Assembly: GCA_910585195.1 (NCBI GenBank)
Contig: CAJUCX010000001.1
Span: 233,609-297,608 of the forward strand
Direction: 5' to 3'
Source of the DNA: an uncultured Christensenellaceae bacterium
GTDB taxonomy: Bacteria > Bacillota > Clostridia > Christensenellales > CAG-314
DNA: 64,000 bases
Every line of letters begins with the position of its first letter. The first letter of the stretch is position 1. The notes below the pieces were generated by a model. It searched no databases. It was not told the DNA's origin and worked only from the letters and a program-made list of their open reading frames with translations. The position numbers and the translations under genes are program-made. Shown here piece by piece: positions 39,588 through 48,819 of this stretch.

Positions 39588-42245
39588 CTATTTAACGTCT
39601 TTTCCGCAGCAATGTTTGAATTTTTTTCCGCTGCCGCACGGGCAAGGACCGTTGCGGTTTAAGTTAGGGTTTATGTCAGGGTCTAAGGTTTTAGGTTTTC
39701 CCGGCTGCTCGACAAGCACGCGTTTTACGTTTACGCGCAAGCAATATTTTACCGCGTCGTATTGAATTTCGCTTATCATTTTGTCAAACATATCGAAGCC
39801 TTCGCGCTTATATGCCTGCACAGGGTCGTGATTGCCGTACGCCATAAGACCTATGCCGCGTTTAAGCTCGTCCATAGCGTCTATGTGATCCATCCACTTT
39901 TCGTCGACGACTTTAAGCATAATAAACCTTTCTACTTCCTTAAAGTCTATGTCTTTGGCGGCGTTTTCTTCTACCTTGGCGTCAAGTACTGAAATAAGGT
40001 CGTTTTGCAGCTGCTCCAAAAACTCCTGACCGGTAATCTTGTCTATTTCGCTTTTTACTATATAATCTTCGTTGGTGTTGAAGAAGTCTTCGCACAAAAT
40101 GCGGTTAAGCTCTTCCGTATCCCAATCCTGAGTACTGCGGTTTATATCCACGCATTGATTTACGACGTTGCTGCAAACGGTTTTTATCATTTCCTTCAAG
40201 TCGTTGTGAATATCTTCCCCGTTTAATACCTTATTGCGCTCTTGATAGATAAGCGTTCTTTGCTCGTTCATTACGTCGTCGTACTGCAAGACGTGTTTTC
40301 TTGATGAGAAGTTGCGGTCTTCTATACGCTCTTGCGCGCGCTCTATCTGACGGGTAATCACCTTAGCCTCGATAGGCATATCTTCTTCCACGTTTAAGAA
40401 AGTAAATATTTTTTGCATTTTTTCGCCACCGAAGATACGCGCCAAATCGTCTTCCAAAGAAATGAAGAATACAGACGAACCCGGGTCGCCCTGACGGCCG
40501 GAACGGCCGCGCAACTGGTTGTCGATACGACGGCTTTCGTGTCTTTCCGTACCGATAATGTGCAAACCGCCTACCTTCAAGACTCTTTCTCTTTCTTCGT
40601 CGGTCTGCTGTTTGAATTTTTCATACAGACTTCTGTATTGCTCGGTTGCCTTTATTTCTTCTTCGGTTTTGTCGCTTCTGAAACTCGTTGCGCTTTCAAT
40701 CAACTCGTTGTCGACGCCCTGTTTTGCCATTTCTCTCTTTGCCAAAAACTCGGGGTTGCCGCCCAGCAAAATATCGGTGCCGCGGCCCGCCATATTAGTA
40801 GCAATGGTAACCGCGCCGAAGCGCCCTGCCTGAGCGACGATTTCCGCCTCGCGCTCGTGGTTTTTGGCATTCAAAACGTTGTGTTTTATGCCCCTTGCGT
40901 TAAACAACTTGCTCAACTGCTCGGACTTTTCTACCGTGAGCGTACCTATAAGCATAGGCTGACCGGAGTTGTGCCTCTCTGCCACGTCTTCGACAATGGC
41001 TTTAAGTTTGCCGTTTTCCGTCTTGAAGATAACGTCGTTGTAGTCCAACCTTGCGATAGGTTTGTTGGTAGGGATTTCCACAACGTCAAGTTTGTATATG
41101 GAATTGAATTCTCCTTCTTCTGTCTTTGCGGTACCGGTCATACCGCTGAGTTTTTTATACAGGCGGAACAGGTTTTGGAAGGTGATAGTCGCAAGAGTCT
41201 TGTTTTCTTCTCTGATGCGCACGCCTTCTTTTGCTTCTATTGCCTGATGCAAGCCGGCACTGTAACGGCGGCCCTCCATCTTACGGCCTGTAAACTCGTC
41301 GACGATAACTACTTCGCCTTTTTCGACGATATAGTCGTTTTCGTTTTTCATTATATAATTTGCCTTCAACGCCTGCAAAATATAATGGTTGAGTTCAGAG
41401 TTTTCTATATCGGACAAGTTGTCTACCTTAAAGAATTTTTCCGCCTTCATAACGCCGTTGTCGTTAAGACGCACGGCTTTGTCCTTTTCGTCGATTTCAT
41501 AATCCGACGGATTGAGCGAAGTCGCAAACTTGTTTGCTGTAACGTACATCTCGCTGGAACGGTTGCCTTTGCCTGAAATGATAAGCGGCGTCCTCGCTTC
41601 GTCAATCAAAATGCTGTCAACTTCGTCGATAATTACAAACGACAAATCGCGCATAACAAGGTCGTTTTTGCTTGTAGCCATATTGTCGCGCAGATAGTCG
41701 AAACCTATCTCGTTGTTGGTGCCGTAAGTAATGTCGCAGTCGTAGGCGGCTTTCTTTTGCGCTCTGGTTTGGTTGTGAACTATTACGCCGACGCTCAAAC
41801 CCAAAAATTTGTAAATCTTGCCCATCCACTCGGCGTCGCGCTGCGCAAGATAATCGTTTACGGTAACTATATGCACGCCTTTGCCCGTCAAAGCGTTTAA
41901 GTATGCAGGCAACGTCGCAACAAGTGTTTTACCTTCGCCTGTCGCCATTTGCGCGATACGGCCTTGATGCAACACAATGCCGCCCAAGAGTTGCACGTAA
42001 AAATGACGCATATGCAAAACGCGGTCGCCTGCTTCTCTCACTACGGCAAAAGCGTCCGGCAAAATGTCGTCGGCGGTTTCTCCGTCGGCAAGGCGTTTTT
42101 TAAGTACGTTTGTGGTTTCTTTAAGTTCTTCGTCGCTCATTGCCTTGTATTTGTCGGCAAGGGCTTCCACCTCGTCCGCAATCTTTTGCAACGCTATGAC
42201 TTCTTTGTCGTTTTGACTTTTGAATAGTTTACCGAACAGTCCCAT
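39588..42245 (-). CDS. secA: Preprotein translocase ATPase SecA
   Basis: 885 aa with DEAD-like motor motifs and a C-terminal zinc finger (CPCGSGKKFKHCCG). Confidence 0.98.
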   Translation of the reverse strand: MGLFGKLFKSQNDKEVIALQKIADEVEALADKYKAMSDEELKETTNVLKKRLADGETADDILPDAFAVVREAGDRVLHMRHFYVQLLGGIVLHQGRIAQMATGEGKTLVATLPAYLNALTGKGVHIVTVNDYLAQRDAEWMGKIYKFLGLSVGVIVHNQTRAQKKAAYDCDITYGTNNEIGFDYLRDNMATSKNDLVMRDLSFVIIDEVDSILIDEARTPLIISGKGNRSSEMYVTANKFATSLNPSDYEIDEKDKAVRLNDNGVMKAEKFFKVDNLSDIENSELNHYILQALKANYIMKNENDYIVEKGEVVIVDEFTGRKMEGRRYSAGLHQAIEAKEGVRIREENKTLATITFQNLFRLYKKLSGMTGTAKTEEGEFNSIYKLDVVEIPTNKPIARLDYNDVIFKTENGKLKAIVEDVAERHNSGQPMLIGTLTVEKSEQLSKLFNARGIKHNVLNAKNHEREAEIVAQAGRFGAVTIATNMAGRGTDILLGGNPEFLAKREMAKQGVDNELIESATSFRSDKTEEEIKATEQYRSLYEKFKQQTDEERERVLKVGGLHIIGTERHESRRIDNQLRGRSGRQGDPGSSVFFISLEDDLARIFGGEKMQKIFTFLNVEEDMPIEAKVITRQIERAQERIEDRNFSSRKHVLQYDDVMNEQRTLIYQERNKVLNGEDIHNDLKEMIKTVCSNVVNQCVDINRSTQDWDTEELNRILCEDFFNTNEDYIVKSEIDKITGQEFLEQLQNDLISVLDAKVEENAAKDIDFKEVERFIMLKVVDEKWMDHIDAMDELKRGIGLMAYGNHDPVQAYKREGFDMFDKMISEIQYDAVKYCLRVNVKRVLVEQPGKPKTLDPDINPNLNRNGPCPCGSGKKFKHCCGKDVK

Positions 42246-42374
42246 AATAGTTGTAACTCCGTATCTTTAATTGATTTATTTTGCTTTGTTTTTATAAATT
42301 CATAAACGATAATTAACGTTTACGCTTATTTTAATTGAATAATTTGCCGTTGTCTGTAAAATCTTGTTGACTTT

Positions 42375-43112
42375 TTACAAATCCGCAAGCGGAACGGTCT
42401 TTATTCTTGAAGAAAAGGTAATGCAATATACCTTTTTGCAACCGTGTTTCTTCAAGAGTTTTGCCATTTCGGACAGCGTCGCGCCGGTGGTTTTTACGTC
42501 GTCGGCAATAAGCACGCTTTCCGGCGGGGGTTGTTTAATCGCAAATATACCGCGCATACTCTCGAAACGCTCGTCGTAAGTCTTTTTTTCCTGCGGCGGA
42601 ATGTCTTTTGATTTTTCCGCCAAGTCAACCAACGGTTTACTTATTATATCACAAATATCCTGCGCTATCAACTGCGATTGATTATATCCGCGTTTTTTGA
42701 AAGTTTCTTTACTTGACGGCACGAATGTAACGGCGTCAAACTGCCAGTTCTGCCTCCGCAAAATCTCGACCATAAGATGAGCCATCGGTTTTGACAGATA
42801 TTTTTGTCCGCCGAATTTTAAGCGGTACACCAGTTTTTGCGCCAAACCCTCGTATCTGCAAACAGAACGCGCCATGTCAAACGCAAGGTCGCGCTTTGCG
42901 CACTCGTCGCAAAACGTATCCATAGTACGCAAATCTATACCGCACTTTTGACACACGCGCCCGTTTAACGGCAAGTCTTTTTTGCACCCGTCGCAAAAAC
43001 CGTGTTTGTCTTTTGCAACGTCTCTGCCGCATACGACGCATTTTATACCTTGCGGATTTATTATATCCAAAAATTTGCCAAACAACATTTTTCTTTTTCC
43101 CGAATGCGCCAC
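42375..43112 (-). CDS. comFC: ComF-family protein (ComFC; phosphoribosyltransferase fold with N-terminal zinc fingers)
   Basis: CVVCG..CDGC..CQKCG..CDEC cysteine pairs and a PRTase motif (VLIADDVKTTGAT). Confidence 0.8.
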   Translation of the reverse strand: MAHSGKRKMLFGKFLDIINPQGIKCVVCGRDVAKDKHGFCDGCKKDLPLNGRVCQKCGIDLRTMDTFCDECAKRDLAFDMARSVCRYEGLAQKLVYRLKFGGQKYLSKPMAHLMVEILRRQNWQFDAVTFVPSSKETFKKRGYNQSQLIAQDICDIISKPLVDLAEKSKDIPPQEKKTYDERFESMRGIFAIKQPPPESVLIADDVKTTGATLSEMAKLLKKHGCKKVYCITFSSRIKTVPLADL

Positions 43113-43262
43113 ACTGCACTTTCTTTATATAATCTTTTGCGCTGCTTATTTTCCCTTACGTCATTTCTTCAAGACACCGCTACGTTGTGCGGTCTTTACA
43201 AAATTTTACTGCCGTTTACTTTCGGGTTTTTTTAACAATCTTATATTTATATATTTTTGCCG

Positions 43263-45536
43263 TCAGGTTTTATTTTGCATTTCTGCGCCCGACAAATCGT
43301 CATAGTTAAACAGCGTTTGGTATTTTGCGTTTTCTTCTTCCAAAAAGTGTTTCAGCAAAGTATTGCGCAATACTATGTAGTTGTTTTTTACCATCATAGC
43401 GATATATTTTTTGCTGCCTACCAGCACCACCATTTTTTTTGCGCGCGTAACGGCGGTATAAAGCAAATTTTTATTTAGTATGGTAGGCGTGCCGCCGTAA
43501 ACCGGTATGACGACCACGTCAAACTCGCTGCCTTGGCTTTTGTGCACGGTTATTGCATACGCCAAAAGCAGACTTACCATATCACCTTGTTTATACTGCA
43601 CTATTCTGCCGTCCTCGAAGGTAACTTCCGCAAAATTTTCCAACGCGTTTACCGCAGTTACGTAACCCATATCGCCGTTTAATATGCCTTGACCTTCTTC
43701 CACAGTGCCGTCCGTATACCGCTTTAACCACTCCAACTCATAGTCGTTTTGCGTCTGCATAACCTTGTCGCCAAGCCTGAACGTAACGTTGGCAACGGTA
43801 AACTCGCCCTTGTTTTTGGCAGGCGGGTTTATCTCTTTTTGCAGCAGGCGGTTTAAGTTTTCCACACCGGCGGAGCCTTGCTTCATAGGAGAAAGCACCT
43901 GAATGTCGCGCATATCGGTTTTGGCATACGACGGCAGTCTTTTGGTAACAAGCGAAACAACCTGTCTTGCGGTTTCGTCGTTGTCTGCCGTGTCCAGATA
44001 AAAAAAGTCGCTGCTCTTGTTGTTGAATACAGGCATTTTGCCTTGATTTATCAAATGCGCGTTTGAAACTATAAGACTGTCGTTTGCCTGACGGTAAATA
44101 TACGTAAGATAGTTTATTTCAAACAAACCGCTTGCGATGACGTCTCCCAAGACGTTGCCTGCGCCCACCGACGGCAACTGGTCTTTGTCGCCCACCAGCA
44201 CCAGACGGCACCCGCGTTTTAACGCTTTCAACAGAGAGTTGAATACAATGCAGTCTACCATAGAAGTTTCGTCTACAATCAAAACGTCTGTGTCAAGCGG
44301 GTTGTACTCGTTGTATCTGAAAGTAAGTTTGCCGGCTGAAAAATCCACGCCCAGCATACGGTGTATGGTTTTTGCATCCTGTCCCGTCGCTTCGGCAAGC
44401 CTTTTGCTTGCCCTTCCAGTAGGCGCGCAAAGCTCAACCTTCAACCCGTGCGCGCGGAACAGACGGCATATGCATTTGATAATGGTTGTTTTACCGGTCC
44501 CCGGCCCGCCGGTAATTACCGTTACTCCGCTTTTAGAAGCGTTTATAATTGCGTTTTTTTGGTCGGAATGGAATTTAAGTTTATTTATTCTTTCAAACTC
44601 GGTAATGAGAGTATCGAAGTCTTCTTCTATGCCGTAAACTTCGTTTTTAAGTTTAATCAGTCTTGCGGCGACGGCCTTTTCTATATTGAGATATCTTGCA
44701 AGCGCAACGGCGGTTTTGCCGTCGACTTGTATAACGCTAACCATTAAATCGAGTTGCAACTGCGAGATAACTTCTTCCAAGGCGTTTTCCAAGGTGATTA
44801 AATCTATATTAAGCAAAGCGAGAGTTTTTTCTTTAAGTTCGTCCATAAACAAAAAGGTGTTTCCGCTTTTTTCTCCGCTTTCTTTTAATGTATATACAAC
44901 CCCCGCTCTTATGCGAAACACGCTTTTGCCGTCAATACCTACGCTGGCGGCAACTCTGTCGGCAGTGGCAAAACCAACGCCGTCGACATCGTCTATAAGT
45001 CGGTAAGGATTGTTTGACACCACCTCTTCGGTAGCGTCTTTATATACGTTGTAAATCTTTAACGCCAGGTTTATGGAAATGCCGTAGCTTTGCAAAAACA
45101 TAATTTGCTTTTGCATTTTTTTAAGGTCGCAGTAACTGTTGTAAATATTCATCGCCTTGTTTTTGGAAATGCCCTTTATCTGCGACAGTTTGTCGGGGTC
45201 GGTTTCTATAACGTTTAAGGTGTCTTTACCGAATTCTTTTACAATCGCTTCCGCAGTAACGACGCCTATGCCCTTTATAAGTCCGCTGGAAAGATATTTG
45301 ACTATGCCCTCCAAAGAGTCGGGCGTGTCAAATTTGTAGGAAGAAAAGGCAAACTGCGGACCGAACTTAGGGTGAATGATAAACTTGCCTTCAAGCGTCA
45401 AAACTTCTCCGCACGCCAAAGTCGGCAAAGTGCCGACGGCGGTAATTTCTTCGCCGTTGACTTCTACGTTTAACACCGTATAACCGTTTTCCGCATTGCA
45501 GAAAACTATATTTACAACCGTACCCTTTATCTGCAT
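43263..45536 (-). CDS. recD2: ATP-dependent RecD2-like DNA helicase
   Basis: 757 aa with SF1B motifs (ITGGPGTGKTT, LIVDETSM, YAITVHKSQGSE) and HhH-containing N-terminal domains. Confidence 0.88.
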   Translation of the reverse strand: MQIKGTVVNIVFCNAENGYTVLNVEVNGEEITAVGTLPTLACGEVLTLEGKFIIHPKFGPQFAFSSYKFDTPDSLEGIVKYLSSGLIKGIGVVTAEAIVKEFGKDTLNVIETDPDKLSQIKGISKNKAMNIYNSYCDLKKMQKQIMFLQSYGISINLALKIYNVYKDATEEVVSNNPYRLIDDVDGVGFATADRVAASVGIDGKSVFRIRAGVVYTLKESGEKSGNTFLFMDELKEKTLALLNIDLITLENALEEVISQLQLDLMVSVIQVDGKTAVALARYLNIEKAVAARLIKLKNEVYGIEEDFDTLITEFERINKLKFHSDQKNAIINASKSGVTVITGGPGTGKTTIIKCICRLFRAHGLKVELCAPTGRASKRLAEATGQDAKTIHRMLGVDFSAGKLTFRYNEYNPLDTDVLIVDETSMVDCIVFNSLLKALKRGCRLVLVGDKDQLPSVGAGNVLGDVIASGLFEINYLTYIYRQANDSLIVSNAHLINQGKMPVFNNKSSDFFYLDTADNDETARQVVSLVTKRLPSYAKTDMRDIQVLSPMKQGSAGVENLNRLLQKEINPPAKNKGEFTVANVTFRLGDKVMQTQNDYELEWLKRYTDGTVEEGQGILNGDMGYVTAVNALENFAEVTFEDGRIVQYKQGDMVSLLLAYAITVHKSQGSEFDVVVIPVYGGTPTILNKNLLYTAVTRAKKMVVLVGSKKYIAMMVKNNYIVLRNTLLKHFLEEENAKYQTLFNYDDLSGAEMQNKT

Positions 45537-45691
45537 TATTTTTTTGACGCCGCCTTATAATCTACCCTTTACTTATTTCAATCAGCCGTTTTCCCATGAC
45601 GTGCTTTTCCAAAACGCAGCCTTATTGCACGCTCTTTGACTGATTTTACTTGCCGTTTATTTCCCCGATTACTTGACCTTCTATATAAAAA

Positions 45692-46891
45692 TCAACGTGA
45701 AAAATATTTTTTTGCGTTTTGCTTTAACATTTCAGCCATATCGGTTTTTTCCCACGCAAAGCCGTCTCTGCCGAAATGCCCGTATGCGGAAGTCTGTCTG
45801 TAAACGGGTTGACGAAGATTCAGTTTGTCTATAATTGCCTTAGGGCGCATATCGAAAGTTTCCGCTATAAGGTTTTGCATATCGTTGTCGTCGAGTTTGC
45901 CTGTGCCGAAAGTATTTACGCATATGGAAACTGGTTTTGCCACGCCTATCGCATAAGAAACTTCCATTTCGATTTTATCGGCAAGCCCTGCCGCAACTAT
46001 ATTTTTGCATATATATCTTGACATATAAGCGGCACTTCTGTCGACTTTTGTCGGGTCTTTTCCGCTGAACGCTCCGCCGCCGTGCGCGCAATAACCGCCG
46101 TAAGTGTCGACAATTATTTTTCTCCCTGTAAGTCCGCTGTCGCCATGCGGTCCGCCTATCTCGAATCGCCCCGTCGGGTTGATTAAAAACTTTGTGTTTT
46201 TGTCTATAAGCTCTTTTGGTATAACAGGCAAAATAACTTGATTTTTTATGTCTTCTCTCAACTTTTCCATAGACACGTCGGAAGTGTGCTGGCTGGAAAT
46301 AACAACCGTATCCACTCTTACCGCTTTGTCGCCGCGATACTCTACCGTAACCTGACTTTTGCCGTCGGGCAAAATGTAATTGAGTTGACCGCTCTTTCTT
46401 ACTTCGGACAGTTTTTTGGTAAGTTTGTGCGCCAACGTGATAGGCAGCGGCATAAGTTCTTTTGTTTCGTTGCAGGCAAAGCCGAACATCATGCCCTGGT
46501 CGCCTGCGCCTATTTTGTCTGCATCGTCGCGGGAGTTTGTTTTATATTCGCTGCTGTTGTCCACACCCAAAGCAATATCTGCCGACTGCTCGTTTATAGA
46601 AGTGATTACGGCGCAGGTATCTGCATCGAAACCGTATTTCGCACGGGTATAACCTATTTCTTTGACGGTTCTTCTAACGATAGACGGAATGTCTACATAA
46701 CAGTTTGTCGAAATTTCACCCATAACCATAACCATACCGGTGCAAACCGTAGTTTCGCAAGCGACGCGGGCGTTAGGGTCTTTGCTTATTATTTCGTCAA
46801 GTATAGCGTCGGAAATCGCATCGCAAATTTTGTCGGGATGACCTTCCGTAACGCTTTCCGAAGTAAACATCCTTATTTTTTCTTTTGACAT
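45692..46891 (-). CDS. metK: S-adenosylmethionine synthase
   Basis: 399 aa with GHPDK, GAGDQG and GGGAFSGKD motifs. Confidence 0.98.
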   Translation of the reverse strand: MSKEKIRMFTSESVTEGHPDKICDAISDAILDEIISKDPNARVACETTVCTGMVMVMGEISTNCYVDIPSIVRRTVKEIGYTRAKYGFDADTCAVITSINEQSADIALGVDNSSEYKTNSRDDADKIGAGDQGMMFGFACNETKELMPLPITLAHKLTKKLSEVRKSGQLNYILPDGKSQVTVEYRGDKAVRVDTVVISSQHTSDVSMEKLREDIKNQVILPVIPKELIDKNTKFLINPTGRFEIGGPHGDSGLTGRKIIVDTYGGYCAHGGGAFSGKDPTKVDRSAAYMSRYICKNIVAAGLADKIEMEVSYAIGVAKPVSICVNTFGTGKLDDNDMQNLIAETFDMRPKAIIDKLNLRQPVYRQTSAYGHFGRDGFAWEKTDMAEMLKQNAKKYFSR

Positions 46892-46911
46892 AAAGCCTCC
46901 GTAAAATAATT

Positions 46912-47070
46912 AAAAAAATTTGTCCCGTTGCAAAATAAAACAACGGGACAACACAAATTTCTTTATCAGTTATTCCGTCTGTCAAGCATTACTTGCGGAA
47001 ATTAGCACCGTTTCTCAAAGAAGGGTTGCTGTGTCGTCTACGGGTCCGTCCCTCAGACACTCTTGACGGT
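46912..47070 (-). promoter_or_regulatory. SAM-I (S-box) riboswitch with terminator expression platform, controlling metK
   Basis: Minus-strand RNA reads CCGUCAAGAG..GAGGGAC.GACCC..CAGCAACC..GGUGCUAAUUUCCGCA..GACGG, matching the SAM-I core; P1 is 47069-47065 with 46979-46975. It is followed by the terminator GUCCCGUUG-loop-CAACGGGAC (46950-46922) and a U-run. Confidence 0.9.
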
Positions 47071-47082
47071 TTTATTGAAAAA

Positions 47083-47111
47083 ATTATATAGTTTTTTAAC
47101 GCTTGTGTCAA
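47083..47111 (-). promoter_or_regulatory. Consensus sigma-A promoter for the S-box/metK transcript
   Basis: Minus strand reads TTGACA (47111-47106), 17 nt, TATAAT (47088-47083). Confidence 0.7.
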
Positions 47112-47167
47112 CGGTTTAAGACGCATTGCACCGCCCCGCAACATATTAAACATAAAAACGCCAAACA

Positions 47168-47193
47168 CAAAAAAGCGGTCGTATTTGACCGCT
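47168..47193 (-). terminator. Intrinsic terminator after the lipoprotein gene
   Basis: AGCGGTC-GTATTT-GACCGCT hairpin (47174-47193). The plus-strand A-run gives a minus-strand U-run. Confidence 0.7.
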
Positions 47194-47284
47194 TCTTCTT
47201 GACAAATGACCGCAACAAAACACATTGCGTTTTGTTGCGTGTTTAAGAAAGTCGGGAAAACTCTCAATAAAAAATAACTGTAAT

Positions 47285-48058
47285 CTAAAACAGTTTTTTC
47301 ACTTCCGTCGGCACTTCTACCGTAGTAGTTCCATAGTCGCAAAAATAAGTCGCATACGTTGTGCCGTTATCAAGTTTTTGTTCCATATACACGATTTTAC
47401 CGTCTTCAAACTTTACACGAAAAGTTGCCAAAATTTCACCGTTTGTGTTGACGGTTTCTGCAACATAACATTTTTTTACGTCGTCATAATTAAACCATGT
47501 ATTTAGATAAGACGAAGGGCGTTGCAATATTTTTACTGTTGAAAACATATTGATATTTAGCGTCTTCTCCTCCGATTTGAGCCAACCGGTTGTACTTCCG
47601 TCAGCAATGATTTTTGTTCGCTGATACGAAAAATACTTGTCATCTTCGTAAACTTCAAAACATATTTCTGATTTTTGCCCGTCTATTCGTTGCACTGACG
47701 CATGCTGCTTTCCATTTACAAGTGCATACTTAAACGTTTGGTTAGTTATTTGGTCGTTTCTTTTTAATATTTCGTTTATCGAAACGTTTTTAGCACCATT
47801 ATAAGTACTTATTGCATCTTGCCACCCTTGTGCGTCAACTTTTTGTGAGGCAAGGTTGTCTATATGTGCGAGTTTTTCGGCTGAAATTTGCAAAATTTGT
47901 TCATCGATTTGCACATCTTTTATGGGCTGCTGCGGTTCCGCCGGTGTTTGGTTTGTCCCACCGTTACCGCCGCTGCCCGCGGGGTCTTGGCAGGCACAAA
48001 GCGCAAAAATAAACACAAAGCATAAAATGGCGACAACTAGGGTTTTTAGTTTTTTCAT
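47285..48058 (-). CDS. Hypothetical lipoprotein
   Basis: Lipobox signal (VFIFALCACQD) and an AAGGAGG RBS 7 nt upstream. Low-complexity linker followed by a beta-rich body. No family recognised. Confidence 0.7.
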   Translation of the reverse strand: MKKLKTLVVAILCFVFIFALCACQDPAGSGGNGGTNQTPAEPQQPIKDVQIDEQILQISAEKLAHIDNLASQKVDAQGWQDAISTYNGAKNVSINEILKRNDQITNQTFKYALVNGKQHASVQRIDGQKSEICFEVYEDDKYFSYQRTKIIADGSTTGWLKSEEKTLNINMFSTVKILQRPSSYLNTWFNYDDVKKCYVAETVNTNGEILATFRVKFEDGKIVYMEQKLDNGTTYATYFCDYGTTTVEVPTEVKKLF

Positions 48059-48070
48059 AAGTGTTCCTCC

Positions 48071-48111
48071 TTAAAATAAAAAAGTGTCATTTCAACTAAG
48101 AAATGACACTT
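48071..48111 (-). terminator. Intrinsic terminator / attenuator abutting the lipoprotein RBS
   Basis: 12-bp perfect stem AAGTGTCATTTC / GAAATGACACTT (48082-48111) with a 6-nt loop. On the minus strand it is followed by UUUUUUAUUUU and then directly by the AAGGAGG RBS. Confidence 0.75.
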
Positions 48112-48290
48112 CCCACAGCCATCTCCTAGTTGTCGCCAAACAATACAAGGAACACTTCACTATATAGGGCATAAACGCCTACAATACTGATAATGGTATG
48201 GCCGAATGGGCATAACTATTTTGGTATTGTTTGCGTTTTAGTACTTCCCTATACTAGTGAAATTTTATAAGTGTATTTGTATTGTTTGGC
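48112..48290 (-). ncRNA. Candidate structured leader or ncRNA: 156-nt imperfect rod-like hairpin (48135-48290) plus linker
   Basis: Nested complementary segments: 48135-48148 with 48277-48290 (14 bp, perfect); 48152-48157 with 48269-48274; 48158-48169 with 48247-48259; 48173-48187 with 48224-48238; and an apical hairpin near 48196-48216. No class recognised. Confidence 0.4.
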
Positions 48291-48296
48291 ATAAAT

Positions 48297-48325
48297 AAAT
48301 TAACATTTTTTATCAATTTTGGCAA
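48297..48325 (-). promoter_or_regulatory. Candidate promoter for the structured leader
   Basis: Minus strand reads TTGCCA (48325-48320), 17 nt ending in TGT, then TAATTT (48302-48297). The predicted start falls at the 5' end of the outer stem. Confidence 0.35.
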
Positions 48326-48378
48326 CACAAAAAAAGATTTGCAAAAAGCGCCGATTTTATTGGCTTATTTATTAACGG

Positions 48379-48421
48379 AAATTCCCCGTTACTGCGCCTA
48401 TTCCGCAGTAACGGGGAATTT
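48379..48421. repeat. Perfect 18-bp inverted repeat (hairpin) with a 7-nt loop
   Basis: AAATTCCCCGTTACTGCG (48379-48396) and CGCAGTAACGGGGAATTT (48404-48421). No clear U-run on either strand. Confidence 0.9.
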
Positions 48422-48460
48422 ATAATTTTCTGTCATTTTTCAAATAAAATTTATCAAATT

Positions 48461-48497
48461 AAAACAAAAAAAAAGCGGTCGAACACGACCGCTTTTT
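48461..48497 (-). terminator. Intrinsic terminator after rpsR
   Basis: AAGCGGTCG-AACA-CGACCGCTT hairpin (48473-48494). The long plus-strand A-run gives a minus-strand U-run. Confidence 0.85.
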
Positions 48498-48520
48498 GAT
48501 TTACAAATTATTGCAAATAA

Positions 48521-48769
48521 TTATTCTCCTACGTAAGGGAGAAGCGCCATATATCTTGCGCGTTTTATAGCAACGGCAAGTTCTCTTTGGTGTTTAGCGC
48601 ATACGCCGCTCATACGCCGAGGAATAATCTTACCTTTTTCCGTAATATATTTTTTAAGTTTATTTACGTCTTTGTAATCTATTTCCGTAACTTTATCTAC
48701 GCAGAAATTGCAAACCTTTTTGCGTGAAGGTCTTTTAATAATGCGTTTTACAACTTTTTCTTCACTCAT
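48521..48769 (-). CDS. rpsR: 30S ribosomal protein S18
   Basis: 82 aa (..[33 protein letters not shown]..). Confidence 0.97.
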   Translation of the reverse strand: MSEEKVVKRIIKRPSRKKVCNFCVDKVTEIDYKDVNKLKKYITEKGKIIPRRMSGVCAKHQRELAVAIKRARYMALLPYVGE

Positions 48770-48819
48770 AGTGTTAACTCCTTATAATTTTTGTGCCGCA
48801 AGGCATATCTCATACCGCA

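Noticed and set aside
46989-47342. 117-aa minus-strand ORF upstream of metK
   Set aside because: It is fully occupied by the SAM-I riboswitch, the consensus metK promoter (47083-47111) and the lipoprotein-gene terminator. It has no RBS and an odd composition.
48135-48290. Small hydrophobic ORFs inside the long palindrome (25 aa on the plus strand from 48193; 26 aa and 17 aa on the minus strand) as a type I toxin-antitoxin
   Set aside because: None has an SD. The two arms do not preserve a common reading frame. The architecture fits a structured RNA better.
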